Shown here: in pieces, positions 39,420 through 51,020 of the stretch | Position numbering within the stretch: the stretch's first letter is position 1 | How the letters are laid out: each line of letters opens with the position of its first letter | Assembly: GCF_964194155.1 (NCBI RefSeq) | Contig: NW_027596270.1 | Location: 248,001 to 312,000 of the forward strand | Length of the DNA: 64,000 bases | Direction of reading: 5' to 3' | Source of the DNA: Cetorhinus maximus | Taxonomy: Eukaryota | Notes under the pieces: model-generated | Databases searched by the model: none | What the model was told of the DNA's origin: nothing | The model's input: the letters and a program-made list of their open reading frames with translations, nothing else | Translations under genes and position numbers: made by a program

Positions 39420-41045
39420 AGGAGATCTTCCCTCCACAGTTTCCAACCTCATAGTCTCCCAACCTCCCACAACTCTTTCTCCGGTACATCGATGACTGCT
39501 TCGGTGCTGCTTCATGCTGTCACCTTGACCTGGAAAAATGTATTAATTTTGCTTCCAATTTCCACCCCTCCAACACTTTCACATGGTCTATCACTGACAC
39601 TTCCCTTTCCTTCTTTGAACTCTCTGTCTCAATTTCTGGTGATAGACTGTCCACCAATATTCATGACAAGCCCACCGACTCCCACAGCTACCTCGACTAC
39701 AGCTTCTCACACTCTGCTTCCTGTTAGGACTCCATCCCATTCTCTCAGTTCCTTCGCCTCCGTCGCATAGTTCCGATGATGCCACTTTCCAAAACAGTTC
39801 TTCTGACATGTCTTCCTTCTTCCTTAACTGAGGTTTTCCACCCACGGTGGTTGACAGGGCCCTCAACCGTGTCCAACCCATCTCCTGCGCATCTGCCCAC
39901 ACACCTTCCTCTCCCTCCCAGAACCATGATAGGGTCCCCCTTGTCCTCACTTATCATCCCACCAGCCTCCGCATTCAAAGGACCATCCTCCGCCATTTCC
40001 GCCAGCTCTAGCATGATGCCACAACCAAACACAGCTTCCCTTCACCCCCCCGTCGGCATTCTGTAGGGACCATTCCCTCCGGGACACCCTGGTCCACTCC
40101 TCCATCACCCCCTACACCTCAACCCCCCCCACCCCATGCAACCGCAGATGGTACAGCACCTGCCCCTATACTTCCCCCCTCCTCACCGTCCAAGGGCCCA
40201 AACACTCCTTTCAAGTGAAGCAGCAATTCACTTGCACTTCCATCAATTTAGTCTACTGCATTTGCTGCTCCCAATGTGGTCTCCTCTACATTGGAGAGAC
40301 CAAACGCAGACTGGGTAACCGCTTTTTGGAACACCTTTGGTCTGTCCGCAAGCATGACCCAGATCTGCCTGTTGCTTGCCATTTCAACACCCCATCCTAC
40401 TCTCATGCTCACATGACCGTTCTTGGCCTGCTGCGATGTTCCAGTGAAGCTCAACGGAAACTGGAGGAACAGCACCTCATCTTCCAATTAGGCACTTTTC
40501 AGCCTTCTGGACTTAACAATGAGTTCAACAACTTCAAGTCATGAACTCTCTCCTCCATCCTCACCCCCTCTTTTATCCCCCTTTTTAAATTTAATTTTAT
40601 TTATATATATATATTTCTTTTCCCACTGATTTCTATTGTTATTTTTGAAATTTATTTATATTCATTGTTTATTCCCCACCTTTAAGCCTATTTCGATCCC
40701 CTCCCCCACACCTCGTCCCCACTAGGGCCATCTGTCACTGCTCATCCTGCTTTCCACCCTTAATGTCACCATTAGCACATCCTTTAGCTCATATCACCAT
40801 CGTCAACACCCCTTTGACCTTTTATTTATGACATCTTTTGCAGTCTCTCCTTTGCCTCCACCGATCACTGGCCCTCTATCCAGCTTCACCTGTCCCACCC
40901 CCTTTAACCGCTTATATTTCATTACATTTCTATTTCTCTTTAGTTCTGATGAAGAGTCATATGGACTCGAAATGTTAACTAGTCTTTCTCTCCACAGATG
41001 CTTTCAGACCTGCTGAGTTTTTCCAGCAATTTTTGCTTTTGTTCC
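39420..41045 (+). mobile_element. Penelope-like element (family 1): RT C-terminus, GIY-YIG endonuclease, 3' terminal repeat
   Basis: FLRYIDDCFG near 39476-39505; ORF 40215..40544 FTCTSINLVYCICCSQCGLLYIGETKRRL...EH...GLN. Confidence 0.9.
40941..40981 (+). ncRNA. Minimal type I hammerhead ribozyme motif in the Penelope terminal repeat
   Basis: TAGTT-CTGATGA-A-GAGTC-ATATG-GACTC-GAAA-TGTT-AACTA: core boxes, 5-bp stem II and 5-bp stem I. Confidence 0.7.
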
Positions 41046-41084
41046 TGGGTAACCACACCTTCAATTGTCTGTCTCTGGACACCA

Positions 41085-41286
41085 CTCGCAATGCGCATGC
41101 GCACCGATATAGATGGAGCAGCCGTATTGAACATGCTCCAGCTCACAATGCCCATGTAATTGATGGCAGCTGTAGGCCAGTAGAAGGAAGGAGTGGGATG
41201 GAGGACCGAATGGGAGCAGCAGGTCCCCCATCCAATCGGAGTGAGTGAGGGCCGTGGCTGAGCACAGATCTCCCTCATTTGTTGAA
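41085..41286. promoter_or_regulatory. Decayed promoter-module copy with a perfect NRF1 palindrome
   Basis: TGCGCATGCGCA at 41092-41103; homologous to 36490-36640 and resumes at 42162 after a CR1 insertion. Confidence 0.5.
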
Positions 41287-42157
41287 CATAGTCACATAGA
41301 GTTATACAGTACAGAAACAGGCCCTTTGGCCTATTGGGACTGTGCCGGCCATCAAGCACCTGTCTATTCTAAACCCATATTCCACCACCTGGCCCGTAGC
41401 CCTGTACGCTATGGCTTTTCAAGTGCTCATCTAAATACTTTTAAAATGTTGTGAGGGTTCCTACCTCTACCAACCCCTCAGGCAGCGTGTTCCAGATTCC
41501 TACCACCCTCTGGGTAAAATTTTGTTTCCTCAAATCCCCTCTAAACCTCCTGCCCCTTACCTTAATTCCATGCCCCCTATTATTGACACCTCCGCTAATA
41601 ATGCCCATCATAATTTTGTAAGCCACTAATATGTTCCCTCTCTGCCTTTTCTGCTCTAAGGGAAACAACCCTCGCCTATCCAATCTCTCTTTATAGTTGA
41701 AATGGTCCAGCCCAGGCAACATCCTGGTGAATCTGCCCTGCACCCTCTCCAGTCCAATCACATCCTTCCTATAGTGTGGCGACCAGAACTGCACACAGTA
41801 CTCCAGCTGTGGCCTAACTAGCGTTTTATACACATCCAACATAACCTCTCTGCTCTTATATTCTACGCCTCAGCTAATAAAGGCAAATATCCCATATGCC
41901 TTCTTAACCACTTTATCTCCCTGTGCTGCTGCTTTCAGGGGTCTATGGACATGTACACCAAGGTCACTCTGATCCTCTGTACTTCCTAGGGTCCTACCAT
42001 TCATTATGTATTCCCTAACCGTGTTAGTCCTCTCAACATGCATCACCTCACATTTCTCAGGGTTAAATTCCAGCCCGTCTATATCATCCTGTAATCTAAG
42101 GCTTTCCTCCTCACTGTTTACAACACCACCAATTTTTATGTCATCTGTGAACTTACT
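41287..42157 (-). mobile_element. CR1 3' fragment
   Basis: SKFTDDIKIGG and YKTLVRPQLEYCVQFWSP. Confidence 0.88.
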
Positions 42158-42509
42158 GGCCACTGAAACTCTGCATCATTTTGAAAGTTGATTTTGTCTC
42201 AAACTCCACAAGAAAACTTGATGAAACCCTTTGGGTGTGGAGCAAACATTTCAGCAATTGTTACTGAAATGGATTTATTCACAAGGAATGCAATAAATGT
42301 ACTTAATTAGAGAACCATAAATAATATGTACCATTTAACAACACTAGATATACCTCTGCCCTATATTAATTTATTGGCCCCTGGGTAACCGCCCATTTAA
42401 TTGTGAATATTAAGAAAGAGGCCATCCTTTGTCAGACAAATAAATGTGTCAAGCTGGGAAAGCAAAAGATGTCAATGTTTTTAAGAGGGAGAGAGACCTG
42501 GGCCAAACT

Positions 42510-43180
42510 TTCCATGGAGCTTTTTTGTCACTAAGATTGAGACAATCCGATCAGCTGCCTCTGCTGTGTCCCTCCCTTCCATTGACTCGCTGGGCCAAAC
42601 CGCTTCTAAAGAGCTCCCTTGCTGCAGCCCTGAGTCTGCTTTTTTCTTTAGCTTCTCTCCAATCTTCCCTCATGCTTCTCAGAACTTATCTTTTCCATAA
42701 AACCCACCTCCTCCATTCCTATTCCAATTGATCACCCAACCTTCCCATGTTCGCTGATATTGTTAACAGCTCTCTCTCTTCAGGTACTGTCCTTTCCTTT
42801 AAATCTGCCATAACTACTTATCCTCAAGAAAACAAGCACTTGACCGCAATGTTCTTGCCAACTACCACCCAATCTCTAATCACCCTTTCCTCGCCAAAGT
42901 CCTTGTCACCTCCCAAATCCAAGCACATTTTCCCAGAACTCCATGTTTGTATCCCTTCAATGAGATTTCTGTAACTGCCACAACATTGAAACAGCTCTTA
43001 TTTAAGTCACAAATTACAGCCTATGTGAATATGGCAGAGGTAAATTCTGCTGCAATTTCCTTCTCATCCTGTCTGCAGTCTTTGACACTGTTAACCAAAC
43101 CATTCTCTTTGAATGCCTCTGCACTGTTGATTCCTTTCTCTTGATTCTTTTCTTATCTATCTCATTGTAGCTAGAGAATA
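42510..43180 (+). mobile_element. L2-type LINE fragment
   Basis: MFADIVNSSLSSG; paralogous to 35020-35790. Confidence 0.7.
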
Positions 43181-43781
43181 ATCTGTAGCAGCTGTGATTA
43201 TTTTCTTTACGTTTTTACAAACTGACTCTGTTGGTAAGTGATCAGGTGTCACTGAACTATGATATTAAAATGTTCCTTTATCCCTCTAAATGCGATTGTA
43301 TCTTGCAAGCCAAGTCCTTTTAACTACAGTAGCCCTTCTGGATTCGATCAACAGAGAAGAGTGAAGGCATCACCATCCACAGCCCAAGCTGGTAGTCGTA
43401 AAAACATTTGATAATTCCCATCAAATGCAAAACATAGCAGAAGAATTATGTATTGGTCTGTTACAGATTTATGAAATGGATTCATTGCAAAGATTGGCCA
43501 ACAGATCCATTGTCGTAGGGTTTGGATGGTAGGAGATGGGCCTTGGTCTTTCTTAGTTGCAATCTCTATATCAGCATAACCTTGTCTTCGTTTCCTCAGA
43601 TTCAGACAAAAATTAAGTCAGTTCCAATGAAGAGTCATAGTGGGTTTGAAACATTATCTCTTGTTTCTCTCTCCACAGATGCTGCCAGAGTTGCTGAGTT
43701 TTTCCAGTATTTTCTGTTTTTATTTCAGATTTCCAACATCTGCAGTATTTTGCTTTTATTTTAATGATCAACGGACTCTGG

Positions 43782-44740
43782 GTCTCTAATGGCATCCGTA
43801 TTACCCACAGTCCCAAACATCTCAGAAACCGCTCTATCTGCCGCAGGTTGGCCGGGTGAATTGTGCATGCTCGGAGGGTCCTGGTCTCTTTGTTTGAGGT
43901 TGTTCACAGAATCACACAGTGCAGAAGAGGCCCTTCGGCTCTTCAAGTCTGCACCAACACGTGAGAAACACCTGACCTACCTACCTAATCCTATTTACCA
44001 GCACTTGGCCCATAGCCTTGAATGTTATGATGTGCCAAGTGCTCATCCAGGTACTTTTTAAAGGATGTGAGGCAACCCTCCTTCAACACCCTCTCCCAGG
44101 CAGCGCATTCTCCACCCTCTGGGTAAAAAAGTTTTTCTTCACATCCGCCCTAAACCTCCTGCCCCTCACCTTGAATTTGTGTTCCCTTGTGACTGACCCT
44201 TCAACTAAGGGGAACAGCTGCTCCCTATCCACCCTGTCCGTGCCCCTCACAACCTTGTCAACCTCGATCAGGTCACCCCTCAGTCTTCTCTGCTCCAAGG
44301 AAAACAACCCAAGTCTACCCAACCTCTCACCATAACTTAAATGTTAATAAAGGCAAGTATCCCATATGCCTTCTTAACCACCTTATCTACCTGTCCGGCG
44401 GATAGTGAGATTGGAGAATGTTCATTGTTTAATATTCGGATCTGGGGCCGCACTCGGGATTTGTAAACCCCGCCCCCCTGCCCGGGGTTTATTAACCCGC
44501 TCCCAACAGTGACCTCTCACCTGACAGCTCACAATGCCCAGCTGATTGACAGCGGTTCCGAGCCAATAGGAAGAGAGAGGCGGGACTAGAGGACGGAGCG
44601 GGTGCGGTTTGCCCTCCAACCAATTGGACTGATGGAGGGGCGGGGTTAGGCCGCGACTGAAGCATGCGCAGTACTAGAACCGGAGCTGGAAGAAGGAGCG
44701 GTCGACTTGAGCTCACAAAGGGTGAGAAATGAATCCAGCG
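43782..44740 (+). promoter_or_regulatory. CpG-rich promoter, probably of ZF6, interrupted by a CR1
   Basis: Two CCAAT boxes, GGGGCGGGG and GAAGCATGCGCAGT in the same layout as the ZF2 promoter. Confidence 0.7.
43906..44395 (-). mobile_element. CR1 3' fragment inside the promoter module
   Basis: LGLFSLEQRRLRGDLIE; flanks are collinear with 36240-36480. Confidence 0.85.
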
Positions 44741-44744
44741 GCTG

Positions 44745-45006
44745 GAGATTGTGAACCGGGGGGGAGCCTGGAAACCACGCGCGAGCTTGGAGGGCGGGTG
44801 GAGATTGTGAACCGTGGGGAGCTCGGAGGGCGGGTGCAGATTGTGAACCGGGGGGGGAGCCTGGACACCGCGCGCGAGCTCGGAGGGCGGGTGCAGATCG
44901 TGAACCGGTGGGAACCTGGACACCGCGCGCGAGCTCGGAGGGCGGGTGCAGATTGTGAACCGGGGGGGGAGCCTGGACACCGCGCGCGAGCTTGGAGGGC
45001 GGGGAG
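44745..45006. repeat. CpG-rich minisatellite, about 56-bp unit, 4 full copies plus 1 short copy
   Basis: GATTGTGAACCGGGGGGGAGCCTGGACACCGCGCGCGAGCTCGGAGGGCGGGTGCA repeated. Confidence 0.9.
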
Positions 45007-45007
45007 A

Positions 45008-45345
45008 CGGTGCCCCAGTGGTAATGCCACTGGGCTGGGGACATGGGTTCAAGTCCCAACATCGGACTATGGGTTATTGTCCTTGTGAGTGCAGCACAGT
45101 TTTACCGGAATGATACCTGGACTCCAAGAGTCGGTTAATAATTTATAAAACTATCAATTATCGTAAAACCCATCTGGTTCACTAATGTCCCTTTAGGGAA
45201 GGAAATCTGCCGTCCTTACCAAGTCCGGCCTACATGTGACTCCAGCCCCACAGTGATGTGGTTCACTCTGAAACGGCCCAGCAAGCCACACAGCTCCAGG
45301 GCCATTAGGGATGGACAATGCCCACATCCCATCATAGAATAAAAA
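45008..45345 (+). mobile_element. tRNA-headed SINE (LINE-A tail family), interrupted
   Basis: CAGTGGTAATG A-box-like motif, GGTTCAAGTCC B-box, CCCATCTGGTTCACTAATGTCC core. Confidence 0.7.
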
Positions 45346-46059
45346 AACACATGGTGTGTGCGGGACTGGAAACCCTGGTAAGAGGTTTGGCTTATGCAGG
45401 CAACTGCCTATTGTCATCTTGAGAGGGGAAGGTGGAGTGAATGGGTAGTGATATTGGTGAGGGAATTGTCATTTGTGGCAGAAAACTCCAAACTTGTCAA
45501 GCTTTGTGTCAACAATTGTTTCCTCATTTCACTGTGAAAGACATGGCTACAATTTTTTGACCATGCTTGTCCTCACTTCCCCAGATTCAGACAAAGATTC
45601 AGTCAGTTCCAAAGAAGAGATATAGTCCTAGACTCTGGGGGCATAGTGTAAACATGAGAGCCAGACCTTCCAGGAGTGAAGTCAGCAAATACTTCTACAC
45701 ACAAAGAGAGGTAGAAGTTAGGAACTCTGTTCCACAAACAGCAGTTGATTACATATTAAATTTAAATCTGACAGGGACGAGGGACTAAATGGCCAACTCC
45801 TAGAATTATAGAAACTTGCAGCACAGAAAGAGCCCATTCAACCCTTTATACTTGTGCTGTTTCTTTGAAAGAGCAGTCATGTTTAGACCCAGACACCCAC
45901 TTTCTGTTTGTAATCCATATGTTCCTCATTCTCAAATCCCTGTCAACTTCCTTTTAAAATTCCTTCTAGAGTCAGGTCCCAGCACCTTTTCAGGTAGCGA
46001 GTTCCAGATCCTGACAACTCTCTGTTGGTGCAGAAACTGCTGAACTTCATGTTGAGTCT

Positions 46060-46345
46060 GGAAGTTTGTAAAATGCCAGATCGAAAGATGAGCTGCTGTT
46101 CCTAGAGCTCCCATTGAGCTTCATTGGAACAGTTCAGGAGGCCAAGGACAGAGATGTCAGAGTAGGAGTGGGGCGGAGAATTAAAATGACAAGTGACTGG
46201 AAGCTCAGGGTCAAGCTCACAGGCTGAACAGAGGTTGTTCCACAAAGTGATCACACAATCTGTGTTTGATCTTCCCCATGTCGAGCAGACCACATGATGA
46301 GCACTGAATACAGTAACTAAATTGAAAACAATTACAAGTAAATGA
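46060..46345 (-). mobile_element. Penelope GIY-YIG fragment
   Basis: DPELPVTCHFNSPPHS, homologous to 40350-40490. Confidence 0.75.
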
Positions 46346-46359
46346 CTTTGTTGTAGGCC

Positions 46360-46655
46360 GAAGAAATATACTTTATTTGAAGAGTAAAGGTTACAAAGTA
46401 ATTTCCAGAATATTAAACCTTCAGTCCAGTTACAGTGATTTTTAACATCAGCAGAAACAAACCCAAACTATCAGAATGAACAAGGTTCAGTACTGAGTGT
46501 GATCAACAGCAACAATAACAGCAGAATCCAACCCCTGGAGTCAATGCTGAACTCGCTGGTGTATCAGCCAGTTGGATGATGGATTAAATCCCTTCTCACA
46601 CATGGAGCAGGTTTCCGGCCTGTCCCCAGTGTGAACTCGCTGCTGTGTGTCTTGG
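46360..46655 (-). pseudogene. Inverted terminal zinc-finger relic with family 3' UTR
   Basis: Minus strand [30 protein letters not shown] followed by the conserved UTR and AATAAA. Confidence 0.8.
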
Positions 46656-47143
46656 AGCTGGTGGCTTCCCCATGCACCAGCTGCTCTTGTCTTTTCAGGT
46701 GGTGGGGGTCATGGGTTTGGGAGATTCTGTCAAAATTCTGGTTGAGCTGCAAATCTATGAAATCCATCTCCTTTTCCCCTCCTCCACCTCTCACTCTCTC
46801 TTCTCCCATAGAGGCCGGAATCTCGTGTAGGCCCAGACCGGGAGGCAGATTCCCTTCCCTGAAGGACGTTAGTGAACCAGTTGGGTTTTTATGACAATCT
46901 GGCAGTTTTCATGGTCACATTTTCCTCGTGTCAGCCCCACAAATTACCGGATTCGTTCAGCTCAATTTCACAATCTGTCTTTCTGTTTTTGTGGGTTCTC
47001 TTTCATATTTCTTTGTTTCTGTTTTGAATTCATGTTACAGAGTATGAGAAGGATTTGCAGTCAGGAAGGTCAAACCAAAATCAGATCAAAATCTGCCAGA
47101 GTCTATCGATTCATCAGGACCTGAAGATCATCAGCCTTTGAAC

Positions 47144-48181
47144 ACGGAAGCAAAAAGCACCGTTTACACCAGGGAGAAACCGTGGAAATGTGGGGACTGT
47201 GGGAAGGGATTCAGATCCCCGTCTAATCTGGAAACTCATCGACGCAGTCACACTGGGGAGAGGCCGTTCATCTGCTCCGTGTGTGGGAAGGGATTCACTC
47301 AGTTAATCTGCCTTCAGAGACACCAGCGACTTCACACTGGGGAGAGGCCTTTCACCTGCTCCATGTGTGGAAAAGGATTCACTCGCTCATCCCACCTGCT
47401 GGAACACCAGCAAGTTCACACTGACAAGAGAGAGTTTAAATGCCCCGACTGTGAAAAGAGCTTTAAAAACCCACATGGACTGAGGGAGCACCAGCGCATT
47501 CACACTGCGTATGCACCATTCAGCTGCTCACAGTGTGGGAAGAAGCTCAGGACATCATCCCGCCTTCTGAAACACCTGCGAGTTCACACTGACGAGAGGC
47601 CGTTTAAATGTCCAGACTGTGGGAAGTGCTTCAAAAGTTCTGGGCATCAACAATGTCATCAACGTATTCACACTGATGAGAGACCGTTCAGGTGCTTTCA
47701 CTGCGGGACTGGGTTCAGGCAACAATCTCATCTCACTGCACACCAGCGCACCCACACTGGGGAGAGGCCGTTCACCTGCTCTGAGTGTGGGAAGAAATTC
47801 ACTCAGAAACCCCACCTGCTGAGACACCAGCGAGTTCACACTGACGAGAGATCATTTAAATGTCCAGACTGTGGAAAGCGCTTTAAAAGTTCTGGGGATC
47901 TGCAATACCACCAACGTATTCACACTGATGAGAAACCATTCAGATGCTCTCACTGTGGGACTGGGTTCAGGCAATCATTTCATCTCACTGCACACCAGCG
48001 AATTCACACTGGGGAGAGGCCGTTCACCTGCTCTGAGTGTGGGAAGGGATTCACTCAGTCATCCAACCTGCTGATACACCAGCAAGTTCACACTGGGGAG
48101 AAGTCATTCACCTGCTCCAAGTGTGGGAAGGGATTCACACGCTTATCCTACCTAGTGACACACCAGCGAGTTCACAAGTGA
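47144..48181 (+). CDS. ZF6: tandem C2H2 zinc-finger ORF, 12 fingers; start uncertain (ACG at 47144)
   Basis: Uninterrupted finger array; ACG at the position of the ZF1 ATG; first in-frame ATG is at 47363 inside finger 3. Confidence 0.85.
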   Translation, partial: TEAKSTVYTREKPWKCGDCGKGFRSPSNLETHRRSHTGERPFICSVCGKGFTQLICLQRHQRLHTGERPFTCSMCGKGFTRSSHLLEHQQVHTDKREFKCPDCEKSFKNPHGLREHQRIHTAYAPFSCSQCGKKLRTSSRLLKHLRVHTDERPFKCPDCGKCFKSSGHQQCHQRIHTDERPFRCFHCGTGFRQQSHLTAHQRTHTGERPFTCSECGKKFTQKPHLLRHQRVHTDERSFKCPDCGKRFKSSGDLQYHQRIHTDEKPFRCSHCGTGFRQSFHLTAHQRIHTGERPFTCSECGKGFTQSSNLLIHQQVHTGEKSFTCSKCGKGFTRLSYLVTHQRVHK

Positions 48182-48914
48182 TTACAGGGGTTGGATTCTG
48201 CTGTTATTGCTGCTGTTAATCACATCCTGGACTGAATCATGTTCATTCTGAAAGTTGGGGTTGATCTCAAATGTCAGTTGCCCAGTTTAGACTTAGCGTG
48301 TACCCACGCCATCTCTCAATCATGTGACTAGATCATCATGTCTGCAAACCTCGTTTTCAATGTACATCACTCAAATTGTATTGAACTAAAGATGAACAAT
48401 GAGCAGATCACAGTGCAACCCTGCAGCTCTATATTGACTGGAGAAAGTCTGTTCTGTAACTCGAGGATGAAGCTTGGTAAGCTCTGAATGTTTGTAATTA
48501 CAAGTAGGCTCAAGCTATTTGAGAGATGGGCTGTTCAAAACTGTTAACTTGTCAGATATTGAAGGAATTACTCTGAAAATAAATTCACCAATTGATAACC
48601 TCAGACTCTGCTCCCTGCTGTAATTAATACTCAGCATCCATTCGTGCTGATTTACGGTGAATTACTGAATATCCTGTGGAGTCTTTGTTCCTTGTTTTGT
48701 GAAATAGCTCTCCCCATTAGTGCTGAACTGCTGGATAACTCTGATTACATTTCGACATGTCTAGAAAGGGTCTGTGTGCCCACATTTCACTGTGATTTGT
48801 AAACAATAAACAATGTTCGTGGCCTGACTTGTCGTCTGGTATCCGGGTGATTTGTGAAGAAAGATTTAATTCACTCACTCAGCACCTTGAGGGGAACCAG
48901 ACTGAGGTTTAATG

Positions 48915-50290
48915 AACATAAAAAATAGGAGTAGGAAGAGGCCATTTGGCCCATTAAGTCTGCTCTGCTATTCGATATGATCATGGTTGATCTTCTACCT
49001 TAGATCCACACTCCCCATAAACCTTAATTCCCCTTGTACCCAAAACTCTGTCGACCTCAGTCTTAAATATAACTGAGAGCCAAGGATGCCTGGGATAGAA
49101 AGTTCCAAAGATTTACTACTGAGTGAAGAAATTCCTCCTCATCTCAGTCCTAAATGGTCGACCCCTTATTCTGAGACTGATCCCCGTGTTCTAAATTCAC
49201 CAGATGGGAAACATTTTCTCAGCATCTACCCTGTCAGGCCATTTAAGAATGTTTCAGTTAGATCGCTCAATCTTCCAAACTCCATTCAATATAGGCCGAG
49301 TCTGCTCTATCTCTCCTCATGGGACAATCTCCTCATCCCAGGAACTAGCCTGGTGAACACTGGTTTCACTCCCTCTAGGGCAAGTGTGTCCTTCCTTAGG
49401 TAAGGAGACTAAACCCGCAAACAGTACTCCAGGTGATGCCTCACCAATGCTCTGAGTAATTGTAGTAAGACATCTTTACTCTTATACTCCAATCCCTTTG
49501 TAATAAAAGCTGACAGACCATTTACCATTTGCTTGCTGTACCTGCATGTTAACTTTCTGTGATTCACGTACAAGAACAGCCAGGTCCCTCAGAATGTAAA
49601 TATTTCCCAGTCTCTCACCATTCGAAAAATATTCTTTCTTATATTTTTCCTACCAAAGTGGATAACTTCACACTTCACCATGTTGTATTCCATCTGCCAC
49701 GTTCTTACCCAACCTGTCTATATCCCTCTGCAGCCTCTTTGTGTCCTCCTCAACACTTACTTTCCCACCCAACATTGTATCGTCAGAAAACCTGGATATA
49801 TTACACTCAGTCTCCTCATCTAAGTCATTGGTATCGATTGTAAATGGCTGAGGCACAACAACTGATCCTTGTGGTACCTGCTAGTCACAGCCTGCCAACC
49901 TAAAAATGTCCTGTTTATTCCCACTCTCTATTTTCTGACCATTAACCATTCCTCAGTCCATGCTCAGATACCCCCCAAACACCAGACCGAATTTTGTGTA
50001 ATGACCTCTTGTATGGCCCCTTATCAAATGCTTTTTGAAAATCCAAATACACAACATCTTCTGATACCCTCATTATCCTCCTTACTTATTACATTTTCAA
50101 AAAGCTCTGAACAGATTTGTCAAACATGATCTCCCTTTCATAAATCCATATTGGCTCTGCTCAATCAGTTAATGATTTTCTAAATGCCCTGTTACCACAT
50201 CCCTCACGATAGATTCCTACATTTTGTCAATTACTGATGTTAGACTGACTGATCTCTAGTTCCCCATTTTCTCTCTTCCTCCTTTTCAGA
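48915..50290 (-). mobile_element. CR1 RT and 3' end
   Basis: NISRFSDDTMLGG; CR1-type tail near 48915. Confidence 0.85.
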
Positions 50291-50414
50291 AAAGTGAGAT
50301 TATGTTTGCTACCAAGGCTGGGAGAGACACTTTGGAAGGTATGGGGAGCTGGGACTTGTCCATGAGAGTAACCAAAGGTCTAGGTCCTGAAATAATTCAG
50401 AGTGACGATGTGTT

Positions 50415-50825
50415 AGTCATGGCTCAGTGGTTGCATTTTCATGTCTGAGTCAGGAGGTTGTGGGTTCAAATCCACATCCAGAAAGATGAGCATAAAATTG
50501 AGGGAGCACTGCACTGTCAGAAACAGACTGTCAGAGATGGCACTGAGACAGAATGGACAGGTGTAAGAGATCCATTGACACTATTTCAAAGAGCCAGGGT
50601 TTCTCCCAGGAGTCTTGGTCAATATTAATCCCTCAATCAACATCACTGAAACAGATTATCTGGGTATTATTAATTTGTTGTCTATGGGATCTTGCTGTGC
50701 ATAAATTAGCTGCTGTATTTCCTACATTCCAACATTGTCTACACTTCAAAGGAATTTCATTGGCTGTAAAATGCTTTGGACATCCTGATGTCATGAAAGG
50801 CTCTGCAGAAATAAAAAATTTTCTT
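50415..50825 (+). mobile_element. Deu-domain SINE
   Basis: TGGCTCAGTGG A-box, GGTTCAAATCC B-box, GGGATCTTGCTGTGCATAAATTAGCTGC. Confidence 0.75.
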
Positions 50826-51020
50826 TAACAGAGGAGAAAAGGCCCAGAAATGGAACAGTCGAGAACAGGATTTCAATTAGTCTCCTCTTATCCTGGAGTA
50901 AACGAATACTCCACACACTGTGTGTTTGACGCCAAAGTGATTTATTTGACATTTAACCAGAATATTAAACTCCAGCCCTGTTACAGGGATTATTAACACC
51001 AGGAGGAATAAAACCCCCAA

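Noticed and set aside
44745-45006. CRISPR-like array
   Set aside because: Units are contiguous with no unique spacers, and the context is eukaryotic
44492-45088. Pro/Arg-rich ORFs of 105-186 aa on both strands
   Set aside because: Produced by the GC-rich minisatellite, which lacks stop codons
48176-48225. TGA plus hairpin as a selenocysteine or readthrough signal
   Set aside because: Several paralogs end in TAA, the pairing is lost in ZF1 and ZF8, and no SECIS motif is visible
23990-50485. tRNA-like A/B boxes near 24050, 28110, 45045 and 50465 as tRNA genes
   Set aside because: They continue into SINE bodies, so they are SINE heads
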